A DNA stretch of 64,000 bases from Azolla caroliniana. Taxonomy: Eukaryota; Plantae; Polypodiophyta. Where the stretch lies: positions 22,134,001 through 22,198,000 of the forward strand of contig JBHGNT010000008.1 of NCBI GenBank assembly GCA_043228905.1. Reading direction: 5' to 3'. Below are positions 49,301-59,584 of this stretch, in pieces (positions within the stretch are counted from its first letter, which is position 1; the number at the start of each line of letters is the position of its first letter). The notes beneath the pieces are model-generated. The model saw only the letters and a program-made list of their open reading frames with translations, was not told the origin of the DNA and did not search any database. Made by a program: the position numbers and the translations under genes.

Positions 49301-49955
49301 TCATCCCCGGTGGTGTGTCCTTGAAACCCCAGAAGTGTCCACAAATCCTTGCGCAGAGGATCGTTTGGAGCGGTTACGCAAGATACAAGCGGATTTATCT
49401 ACTCAACTCCAGCAAGCTCAACAATCACACAAGGACTACGCAGATCGTCATCGACTTCCATCCAGTTTTAACATTGGAGATCGGGTGTGGCTGTTACGAC
49501 GACACATCAAGACTACTCGCCCATGTGAGAAGTTGGATTATCGGCGATTAGGTCCTTTCCGTATTATCGGGAAGATTAATGATGTCGCTTTTCGTCTCGA
49601 GCTACCTCCGCAACTTCGGATACATCCGGTGTTTCATAGTTCTCTCCTCGAACCCTATCACGAGAGCACTATCCCAGGACGTACTATACAACCACCACCT
49701 CCTATCGAGCTCGAAGATGGACCTGAGTATGAGGTCGCTGCCATCCTCGATTCCAAGATTGTTCGCAACAAGCTCTACTATCTAGTCGATTGGCTAGGAT
49801 ATAGTCCCAGCGAGCGTACTTGGGAACCGATCGAGAATGTGACCAATGCTCGTGCTCTTCTAGAAGACTTCCATCGACGATATCCCGAGAAACCGGGTCC
49901 TCAATCCAAAACGACTCGTGGAACTCGTCGTTTTAAAGGGGGGATAGTGTCATAA
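46359..49955 (+). CDS. pol: Pol of chromovirus G (PR-RT-RNaseH-IN-chromodomain), -1 frame relative to gag
   Basis: Uninterrupted frame: LLDSGA, MPFGL, YLDD, EADASD, HHCC, YHPQTDGQAER, GPF, chromodomain YEVAAILDS..YYLVDWLGY..TWEP. Confidence 0.95.
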   Translation, partial: VKRLSPAKIGAVWLDSPRSVQPISGSIPSKQVSDVFVAQVAVSTKSTPPVHTLALLDSGANSCFMDRNFARAHQISLRKLPCPASVVVIDGRPIASGNIIEESEPVNIVLDNLTCVVSFNIISIPEHPIVLGLPWFELHNPDIDWRTREIRLRQTQGSTQKVATISLRQLREEGRKEEMFLFAISVQPSSTTKEESTVQLPEKYRQYADVFDKVQANTLPHHRPYDCAIDLQPGKEPPWGPIYNLSPTELEVLRAYIEENLENGFIRHLKSPAGAPIFFVKKKDGSLRLVVDYRGLNKVTVRNRYALPLISSLLERINGARFFTKIDLRGAYNLVRIRPGDEWKTAFRTRYGHFEYTVMPFGLTNAPAVFQHMANDIFRDLLDDFLIIYLDDLLVYSKTQEEHDSHVLLVLKRLREHGLYAKLEKCSFGCNQVEFLGYVISSEGISMDPAKVKTVIEWHTPHSLRDVQCFLGFANFYRKFIQNYSKIVLPLTQLTRKGQSFIWSKETDMAFESLKKAFTSAPILGHVDPEKPFIIEADASDFALGSILSQQGNDEKLHPVAFHSRKFDAAEINYEIHDKELLAIVDSFMQWRHFLEGSPHQVTVFSDHKNLAYFQDARVLNRRQARWAHFLTRFDFKITYRPGKHQGKADALSRRSYLTPRPGEPAFDNQKQVILGPARLQAAQVFDIPVDSDITNTIREDLKTDAFAQAILAQIDPSRASCSQSQSPGTDYRQFKYCDGLLFFKELFYVPNGSCRLRVVQNCHDTYTTGHFGSTKTLDLVQRSFWWPRMRQFVEDFVRTCDTCCRAKMPRHHPYGLLEPLPIPSKPWQSIALDFITDLPVSKGFSAILTVVDRYTKMAHFLPCTKEISSEDTAEIVMREVCRHHGLPDNIISDRGPQFVSKFWKHLFKMLKVTCNLSSGYHPQTDGQAERTNQTLEQYLRCFLNYHQNDWADILQFAEFAYNNAIHASTKVTPFYAYTGYHPRWCVLETPEVSTNPCAEDRLERLRKIQADLSTQLQQAQQSHKDYADRHRLPSSFNIGDRVWLLRRHIKTTRPCEKLDYRRLGPFRIIGKINDVAFRLELPPQLRIHPVFHSSLLEPYHESTIPGRTIQPPPPIELEDGPEYEVAAILDSKIVRNKLYYLVDWLGYSPSERTWEPIENVTNARALLEDFHRRYPEKPGPQSKTTRGTRRFKGGIVS

Positions 49956-52900
49956 CTAGACTCGAACCCATAACCTTTTGTTACACGGGTCGAGACTTTA
50001 CCATTAGGTTATGAATTGTAATTTGAAGGATATTATTTTCATTTAGGTTTTATTGGGAAATTGATGTATATTCCAGATTTCTCTGGAACATTCTAGAAAC
50101 TTCAGGAGTATTCCTGAAGACACTATAAAAGGAGGCGCAAGGCATTAGTTCGAACCAAATCGGTTCAACGCCAGTCTTAAGCCTTCTAACTACTGTTGTA
50201 TATCTTCCTTCATATAATACATATATCTTTCGCATCATCTCTCTCTCTCTCTCTCTCACTCACTCACTCATTCCTTCTCTCAAAGTTCGACACCTCTCAT
50301 AGTACTAATCCTTCTCTGTCTTAGTACTATTCCCCAACAATAGTACTAATCCTTCTTTTAGTACTAATTCCTTCTCTGCCTTAATAGAGTTCCTGACACA
50401 GGGTAGTTGAGGTCGGGCCGAGTAATGGTGAGGTAGATTAGGCTTCCGACTAGCTGACGATAGAAAGTCGGCTCACACTCTTCATTGCCGGACTCAGCAT
50501 CTAGCTTTAGATTTCGATCGAGAGGGGTAGTAATGGGCTTACACTCTGTCATCCCAAACTTGAAGAGTAGATTGAGGATATAGTGTCATCGGGATGGTGT
50601 CATCGGGAGATCGGGATGTCATCTAGAATCCGTATTACTTCTATACCCAGAAAGAAATGTAGCTCCTTCATGTCTTGCATTTAGAATCGGTCGGATAGTA
50701 GTTTTTTTATATGTTCGATGTCTGCTAAGTGCTCTCCTCCAATGACCAAGTCATCCACATACGTTATGATAAATACCTGTCATTTGGAGTCGCTCCGGAT
50801 GAACAGAGAACTGTCGGACTTGGACATTTTAAAGCCGATTTGATGAAGATATTGCATTATCTTTGAATATCAGGCTATGGGTACCTACTTGAGGCTTTTT
50901 GAGTCAGCAGACAACAGTCGGATGCGTACCCAACTTGAATCTGCGTGGTTGTAGCATGTACACCTCCTCATCTAATTCACCTTGGAGAAAATCGTTCTTG
51001 ACGTCCATCTGATGGAGGTGCCACCCTTTTGCTATTCCAAGCATGATCGCAGTTCAAGTGGTAGTCATCTTTGCCACCGGGGCAAAGGTCTCTTCATGAT
51101 CGATCCTGTGTGTCTACATATACCCTTTTGCCACAAGTCGGGCCTTATACCAATTGACGGTGCAATCGGCACTATGCTTCACTTTGAATATCCATCAGCA
51201 TCCTATTGTTTTTTGATGGAGTGCAGAGGGCACGAGATCCCATGTCTCATTTTTCGAGAGTGCTTACATCTCCCCATTCATCGCTTCGACCCATCGTGGG
51301 TCCTTCATCGTGAATGCATAAGGATATGCCATGTAGTCGTTGTAGCCGAATTGGCTGACTACATTCTTTTCTCGGGTGAACCGACGTGGTTGTTCACTTG
51401 TCTTCGTGTATGCTTTCTCGGCTCTTGGTGTCCTCATGATAGGCACATCGAATCCACCATACTCATTGTCGAGTTGGTGAGCCACTTCATTTCCATCTGA
51501 GTCTTCGTACTCAGGCATTTTGGCCTTCCTTTTGTTCGATTTCGGACTTGGCCACGACGTGTTGTGGTCGTTTGGTGGCTCCTATGGACCACTCAATCTA
51601 GTTGAGATTGGACTCTCCTCTAGCATAAGCCTTAGTCGATCATCCTCCTCCGAGTCTATATTGAAATTGGTTTCGATTGGATCAGATGGAGCTAGGTCAA
51701 CTATGTACCAAGATGTCGACTCGTCGAATACAACATCCCTACTCACTCGTACCTTCTTGGTAGAGGGGTTGAAGCACTTATACCCCTTTTGTTCGAGTGA
51801 GTACCCCAATACGATACATTCTCTAACTTAGGATCAAGCTTCTGCCGCTTCTCGTCCGGAATATGTACGAATGCAATAGAGTTGAATATCCTAACGTGGG
51901 ATAAGTTCGACTTCTTTCCATAGAACTTCTCGTGGGGGGTAATATCGTGCAGTGATTCATTAGATAGATGGTCATTCGCTGCTTCAGCCTAGTATGATTT
52001 TGGCAGATGTTTCTCATTCATCATTGCCCTTGCCACCTCGAGTATATGTTGATTCTTTCGTTCGACTACTCCGTTTTAGTGACGACTCCTTTTGATTGCA
52101 TTCCTTTGAGCTTCTAGAAATTAATGTGGCCAATTCTTTTGTGCATAGCTCCTTTTCGATGAAGCACCCTCTGTTGTTGAACCGAACTTGCATGCCTTGT
52201 TCCACAATCTGGCCGACCGAGACTAGATTCTTCATTATTGTTGGAACATGCAAGACATTCTTGATGTAGGTTTTGTTGCCCTCTTCATCGAATGGGACAT
52301 TACCGACATGTTGAATGGGGTGAATCGTGTCATCCCTAGTTTCCACGTAGTCGAGTCGTTCGGGCTTTCGTAGCTCTCGAAACCAATCTACATGAGACGT
52401 CATGTGATTGGATGCCCGCGAATCGACAAACCATACACTTTCTAAGTTGGAGGAGCTTGTTGGGCACGATGTCATCACCGAATTCGCTCTATGCCGCATC
52501 ATGAACATTCTGCCACGGTCATCGTAGTCAGATTTTGAGGCATAGTTGGTGAGTTGTCAACTTGTGAAGGCCGACTCACTCTTCTTCTTCCAATACTCTA
52601 CCTCATGATGGCCGAATTTGCCACACTATCCGCATTGGAGGGAGTTGTTTTGTCGGCTAGGTCTGGCATGATTGATCCCCCTTCTTCCAGACATTCCACC
52701 TCACGTGGTTATAACAACGTCTTGCCGGTAGTAAAGATTTTGTTCGCGGGGTTGTTCCTGGTTGTGTCGACCTTGACCGAATCGGCCTTTTCTTCCACAA
52801 CTTTGTCCCCTTCCTCCATCCGAATTTGAATAAAGCATGTGTCCTTCTTGTATGTTGCTCCTCGTTCGAACGTGATTTTCTTCGACCAATCGCATAAACT

Positions 52901-53267
52901 AGAGATCAAAGAAGGAGGGAGGATTCTCCCTCGTGAGGAAGGCCGACCTTATTGTGTCGAACCGGAGTGTTAGGCCACCGAGGCATATCTATACCATTTC
53001 ATCGCACAGCTCCTTGATCTTCAAGGTGTAGTTGTCGATTGACATATCCCTCTATTGGATATTGTTCAACTCTTGTCAAAGTTGAAGTTTTCATGTGGTT
53101 GTGTTCGCCACGAATATCTTTTTGAGGTTCCCCCATGCGTTTTTCCCTCTCAGATGTAGTTGAGTATGTGATCATGAACGCCTGATGTAAGGCAGTACAA
53201 CACGCGACTCGCCGCTTGTTCCCAAGTTGCGGAGTCAGCATGTGTCGGGTTTGATTGATTTTCTTGT

Positions 53268-53389
53268 TATCATGATATGGCAAGATTCGAACCCATGACC
53301 TCCAAATTGGTTCAACACCAGTCTTAAGCCTCCTAGCTATTATTGTATATTCTCTTAACATAATATATATCTTTTGTTATCATCATTCT

Positions 53390-53438
<49 letters not shown>

Positions 53439-53537
53439 CACCTCCCTTAGTATTAATCCTCATCTTTTACTACTAATTCCTTCTCTGTCTTATATTGTTC
53501 TTGACAATACTTCTCTATCTTAGTACTGTTCTTGACA
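53268..53537 (+). mobile_element. Internally deleted solo LTR related to chromovirus G
   Basis: TSD CTTGT at 53263-53267 and 53538-53542; shares CCAAAT(C/T)GGTTCAAC.CCAGTCTTAAGCC and TACTAATTCCTTCTCTG with the G LTR; TA...CA ends. Confidence 0.8.
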
Positions 53538-53831
53538 CTTGTGCTCCCTCGATATAACCCCAATAGCTTTGGCTAACAAGGTATTGGTGCAGCATCTTGT
53601 ATTCCCAAGATGCGAAATTGTTTATGTCGAGTTTCTTAGTGGGAAGAGCACTTCATATTTGAGTATTCATGTTTATCGATTTGTATAGAGCAATTTTTCT
53701 TCTTCTTCTTCTCTTGATACGAGTTGTGCAGGTTGTTGCTACAACGATCAACCGGTTCTTCGTGAATGTGAGCTTAGACACAACACACGTGGATGAAATT
53801 GGATCAAGCTATCAAGCGCTCTGGTACCGTT

Positions 53832-53842
53832 TGTGTGTGTGT

Positions 53843-53898
<56 letters not shown>

Positions 53899-53907
53899 AG
53901 AGAGAGA
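53832..53907. repeat. (GT)n(GA)n microsatellite
   Basis: Direct sequence. Confidence 0.9.
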
Positions 53908-54467
53908 TAGAACACAGAGTTATGCAGAAAACCGTATTAACAAGAAAAACAATACAACCAACAATTACAAAGAGGAGGAAAAGGTGCTTATATAGTCACC
54001 TTCTCTCTATGTTCTCTCACTACAACCACCACTTGCAAAAGAGGTGGAGTTAAAGTTCTATGACACACAAGTTACTATACTAGGAGCTGGGGTGTTCACA
54101 CACTTGAGTATACTAAGGTATGTTCCCAAACTAGGGAAGTTGCGTTTGATTCTCAACATCGACTATGCACACTTTCCCCTAAACAAGTTCGAGAATCTAA
54201 GTATCACACTCTGATACAATGCTCTGCCTTTGATTATATTCGACCATACTTTCCACACATCTTCGACCAAGCCCAATCCTTGCACAAATTTCTCTCACAA
54301 CCACAATGTGTACTCGCGATTGCAACATTCATTGGTAAAGTTCTTGAACATCGAGAGTCTCTACTTTTTTTGTCTCATTGGTCATATTTGACCTCCGAAG
54401 ACGATGTTATAATCTCTCTCTTTATATACTTTTCCCTCATTAATTTTCTTTTCATTGATTTACTTTT

Positions 54468-54600
54468 ATATTTACTGTGTAATATTTATTTTATTTTGAT
54501 TTGTTCTCAAGACTAGACAACACTTAAGATGTAATCTCTTATTTGGTCTTATAGGCCATTTTGGCCTCTTAAAAGACGTTAATATATCTTTCTTTCTTTC
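54468..54600. repeat. Dispersed repeat; inverted copy at ~57772-57925 in a CysRS intron
   Basis: AGACAACACTTAAGATGTAATCTCTT...GGCCATTTTGGCCTC here, GAGGCCAAAATGGCC...AAGAGATTACATCTTAAGTGTTGTCT there. Confidence 0.8.
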
Positions 54601-55442
54601 TTTCTATATATATATATATACATACACACATACATATAAATAGATATTATCATGCTTAGCACCTAAAATTGTCAAATGAGAGCTTGCAATGCAACATAAA
54701 GTTTGTGGGTTTAGAAAATACTGAAACAATGAATTGAACGGTTCGTTTAAGTAACTATGTTCATCAACCATTGGAAATAGGAATTGGGCATTTTTATGCA
54801 AAGTAATTGAGAAGAGTTAATTGCAAGAAAATAACTATTGAAAGGTTGTTTAATTACAGCAATTTCAATAAGTTTTGTATGAGAAAATTTGGCAATGACA
54901 AGAAGGAATCACATTAATGCCAAACATAGATTGAAACACAAGAACAACCCATACTGGTTCCTTTTAAGTGATGAGCTTCACATAGAAAACAAGATAAGAT
55001 ATATCTCAACAAAACCTTAAACAAACAATGTTCATTTCTCTGCATTTTTTCTATGGCCAAAGGGCATCATTTGTGTTCATTTATGTCATTTCAGCCACAT
55101 ATCACTCAAATGACAATGATTCACCTAACTCAGGCTTTTCTTGCCATGCACAATTAAATCTAGTTCATAATGAAGTCCAAAACTTTTTGCCTAACTGGCC
55201 ACACAATGTCACCCAAATGGCTGTGATTCGGACACAACTTGGTAGCCTTTTCTTGCAATGCACGGAAACATACGTTTACCCTCAGACTTTTTGCTGGTTA
55301 AAAATTTTAATTACAAAGGAATTGCACTAAGTCATGATCATGATGATCCAAATGTTAGTATTACCATTGCTACAACATAATGTTTTTTCGCCTTTGTATT
55401 CACTTTTCAAGACCTGTAACAATTATGATCAAATGAAGGCCG

Positions 55443-58119
55443 TTACCTCACTACATCCTCCACACGAACACATGGTCGCCATGTTGTGCCTTGAGGATCA
55501 TCCATGAGAGAAATTCCAAGTGATGCTAACTTTTTCCTGATGTTGTCAGATTTTGTATATTCTCTAGCAGCCCTTGCAGCTGCTCTCTCTTGTATCTGGA
55601 TATTTACATCTTCTTTGGTCAAATTTGCTCTTTTAAGTGCCTTCCTTTTAAACTCCTCTAGAACCTGAAGGACAAAAACCCGAGGATTCAGATTGCATAG
55701 GGCCCCATGATGATTCTAATTCGCTCTTGGTGGTGCAGTCAATATAAGCACTAGGGAGGTTTACCACAACTTTAGGACAGTTGCCAATTTTCACAAAATT
55801 CCCAAAATACTAAAATAATCTCATTTTTCTTGATATTTCAAGAGGATATTTGGAGAATATGGTGAAAAACAAACGTTATTTTGGTAAATTTCCCTAAAAA
55901 ACAGTACATTCCAAGGTGTACCTCTTGAAGGCTTTCTGGGGCAAGACCCAGCACACCCAAAATTACATTAACCTCTTCTTGCAGTGCTTTCAGAGATGCA
56001 GCTCGACACTTTTCTTGCCGTCCCTAAAAGGCATTGCTACAGCTTTTAACCCACTTTTAGAAAACTTTCGGCATCATTAATAGATACTTATTGAAAGTCA
56101 AATAGTTCTTAGCATTACATTTTACCTTCTTAGTATGTATAAGATCATTCATGACTTTCAAAGGATCTGAGAGGGATGCAAGTACAGCTGGTGTTAACAA
56201 ATCATCTGCCATTGAACATTGGAAAGAAGCCCTTAACCTCTCAACACAAGTTTTACATTCTTCAGATAACTGTGTGTTCTTGTTATCACTTGCATTTAGG
56301 CATCGTGTACAATCGTCGAGAGTCTATAACAGAAGAACACGAGAAATTTTCAAATAAATTTACATGGGCACTCATCCTAACACTTTTTGAACTAAACAAG
56401 TACCTGATAAATATAGTATGCCCGATCTGAGGCCATTTCCAGCTGCAAATCTGAGTAATTGATAGGTGATCGATAGTGTGTACCAACAAGGAAAAGTCTA
56501 ACAGCAAGTGCATGATATTTCTCCAAAACCTGAAGGCAATAATTCACATTGTAAATTGGACAGTTGGTACATCAATTATATATTATCTCCTTTTATAGCT
56601 GGATCAACCAATATCAATGCTGACATAACCACATTTAAATTACAGAGGGAAAAAAGGTTGGTAAAGTTTCAATATATGTTAATAACACTTCAATCTTCGT
56701 GTTGAAATAGTTAATATATAATTAGTATCCTTTTGATCAAAGATCAAACACATAATTTCTACTGAGAAGAAAGGAAGTGGCATTACGATCATCAAATACA
56801 AAATAACGGCAAATTTTGAAACATGACATTAATAGCCATACATTGTATAGAAGTAGCTATCCTACTCCTCATGTTGTAAGAGAACATACCTCACGGATTG
56901 TAAAAAAATTGCCAAGTGATTTAGACATCTTTTCTGAATCAACCGTTACAAACCCATTGTGCATCCAATACCGTACATTGCTGTCCTGACATGCTGCACA
57001 GCTCTGTGCAATTTCATTCTCGTGATGGGGAAAGATCAAATCCATCCCTCCACCATGAATATCAAAGCAATGACCAAGGTGTTTTGCACTCATTGCACTA
57101 CATTCTATATGCCAACCAGGTCGACCACAACCCCAAGGACTTTCCCACGAAGGTTCACCTGGTTTAGCACTCTGCAAAAAAATTATCAAAATGTATAATC
57201 AATGTAAAGGATTTTACAGACACTGAAAAGTCTATTTTTTACAGAATGGCAATTCATATCAAGAAAATCCCAGGGAGCAATTTTCTTTTCCTTGGTTATG
57301 CATATGATATTATGATTAAAATTATTATTAATTATTAATTGACAAGTCTTACCTTCCATAGGGCAAAATCAGCTGGATTGTGCTTTCGCTTATCAACAGT
57401 CACACGCTCACCAGCCCTATTTTCATGTTGCTCTCGACCAGATAAGCGCCCATAGTCCAAATATTTATCAGAATAGCTGTCTACAGAGAAATAGACATCT
57501 CCATCCTCCAAAACATACCCAAATCCATTCTCAATTATCTGTAAATGAAAATGGATTCAGAAAGTTAAATACGTATGTATATATATGCAGATTCAAATGT
57601 ACATAGTATATTGCATGGTTCCTGCCAACACATGAAAATAAGAAACCAGAATCTATTTTTCTGTGCGCACTCATCAGTCTCCATTTGGCAGGTGGCTGGT
57701 GAGCCTGTCATCTCTTTCAGTTCATACGGCTAACAATGCTATGCTCTGTCTTTAAAGTGTTTCTTGGGATTAAAGAAGAAAGAAAAGATATATATTAACA
57801 TCTTTTATGAGGCCAAAATGGCCAATAAGACCAAACAAGAGATTACATCTTAAGTGTTGTCTCGTCTTTGAGAACAACAAATCAACAAATCAAAATAAAA
57901 TAAATATTACTTCGTAAATATAAAAGAGAACACAACAATATTGATCGTAACTCATACCTTTGCAATTAATGCAATAATTGTGTCTATATGCTCAGTTACA
58001 CGAGGTTCAACTGTTACAGGAAGACAATTCAAAGCTTCCATATCAATGTGAAATTCCTTACAAAAGCGATCACTCAGTTTCATTGGATCTTCACCGAGTT
58101 GCGTTGCTCTTGCGATGAT
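55443..58119 (-). CDS. CysRS: Cysteinyl-tRNA synthetase, 3' seven exons: 57958-58119, 57353-57538, 56890-57171, 56404-56529, 56126-56323, 55922-56023, 55443-55664
   Basis: All exons are AG/GT bounded, phase 0 and stop-free; [60 protein letters not shown], anticodon-binding C-terminus ending TAA. HIGH-motif exons not found in the window. Confidence 0.95.
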
Positions 58120-58660
58120 CTAATGCAAAAAGCAGAAGGCACCAAACTATTTAGAAAACTCAGCAAGTCAACAGTATACCAACAGGAAAATTATCCAAGA
58201 TAAGTAGTATTGACTGTATCGTGTGTTAAGGACAAAATATCATTCATCCTTGCAAAAAATGCTTCAATTAATTAAATCAACGCAACCATTATTGATTTCA
58301 ACAAAACAAAATTGATTCATTCAAGAAACATACATTACTTAAGGTCTCAAGACAAGTTGCACATGGTAAATTTCATGTTATATTACCCTACATCTTGGGT
58401 CCATCTTGGGTCCATGCAAGCATATTTTCAAATAATTCAATTATTGGGGAAATTTCAACAGATATAATTTGATTCATTCGAGAAACACTTATGACACAAT
58501 TATAGCTCTCATATGAGCTTCGAAGACATATTTATGTCACTTGATTAGTGTGAGTTGGCTCAAATGCCCTGAACTCATATTCTAATGAAACAACCTACCT
58601 CCGTCACCCATTGTGAAATGATGGATGTATAGGTGCAAAAAAAGGAAAAAATATATAATA

Positions 58661-59455
58661 TCCCCTCATCAAACAGCGATAGCTGATTGGTCGATGACTG
58701 ATGAAAGCTTGGTTACCCCTGTACGGAAGATAGGAGGAACAGGTATTCTCAAAAATCTATTTCGTGATATACTATGTAATCGATATTGGGGGTTCAACCA
58801 AAAAAGTTTATCGCCCCTGAATGATTGGATTGGATACATTTGATTCGGTCGACCCGACTAAACCAGCAACGAAACAAATAGATGGTTCATAACAGAGTCC
58901 AAGAGTTTTAGCCCGACGGGACAACTCATATTACTCTTTAATCGATTTGAACTACTAATACGGAAGTTAACATTCTTGCGTTCGTAGCCACCGCACTTTT
59001 CATCCTAATCCCAACAGCTTTTTTACTGATTCTCCCATCTTCATCAATAAGAAAAAAACTTCCACGTTCCGGTGTATCTATGGAATCCTTAATCGATAAA
59101 GTTTCGTAAGTCGGAGTTTCGCCACCCGATGCGGGATGAGAAAGCACCAAAAGGGAAGTGCTCCGTAAACTTCCTAGTAAACCCAATCCTTCAAAAATTC
59201 CCCAATCAAGAATGGGATCTAATCTACCGGTTTTGGACGACCCTTGAAAATTCGGATTTATATAGTTCTTTGGAAAAAATATATGATTGGAGGACGGAAT
59301 TTTTATCAAGCTGGTACAGCCCCGGGTGCTATTATTTGTACTTGATTCGAGGTCGTTGGACTCTTCCACAACGGGACCTTCGTGTCTATCTATATCCGAA
59401 TCAATGGAAGAATCTTTACAAAAGAAATTGAACGCCGCTTAAAATACATTATTAT
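58661..59455. other. Chimeric plastid DNA insertion: probable psbM upstream spacer, psbM 5' part and probable rpoC2 fragment (minus)
   Basis: psbM is clear; minus-frame GLLGSLRS...FFLIDEDG resembles RpoC2 from memory; boundaries approximate. Confidence 0.65.
58960..59034 (+). pseudogene. psbM: Truncated plastid psbM in a nuclear plastid insertion
   Basis: [27 protein letters not shown] = first 25 codons of PsbM. Confidence 0.9.
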
Positions 59456-59584
59456 GGCCTACAAAACCTACATGTATCCTCTTCCTCCCTTTCCATGTTT
59501 TCTCTGCACCTCAGCCATTTTCTTTCGTCACTCCTGCCCCAACTCCCAAAGAAAAACGAACCTCTTGGTGTCCTTTCACCTCAT

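Larger units (their letters stand above)
44662..50398 (+). mobile_element. Intact chromovirus G (Ty3/Gypsy, Tf1/sushi/Tcn1-like)
   Basis: LTRs 44662-45120 and 49948-50398 differ by about one substitution plus microsatellite length; TSD CAGGG at 44657-44661 and 50399-50403; PPT AAAGGGGGGATAG. Confidence 0.97.
44085..54158 (-). mobile_element. Decayed Copia H (relative of A, retains RT/RNaseH), split by chromovirus G and a solo LTR
   Basis: 5' LTR ~53831-54158 (TGTTGAG on minus); degenerate PBS 53818-53829; Gag KLDINNFASWEYK; YRQLVGSLIYLTITRPDL; RNaseH LYCDNMS..HTRTKHIEVHYHF; no 3' LTR found. Confidence 0.85.

Noticed and set aside
55413-55446. Possible extra terminal intron in CysRS
   Set aside because: It would be only about 33 nt; the in-frame TAA at 55443-55445 gives a normal C-terminus.
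58938-59369. 143-aa ORF as a novel nuclear gene
   Set aside because: It spans the junction between the RpoC2-like fragment and the antisense strand of psbM.
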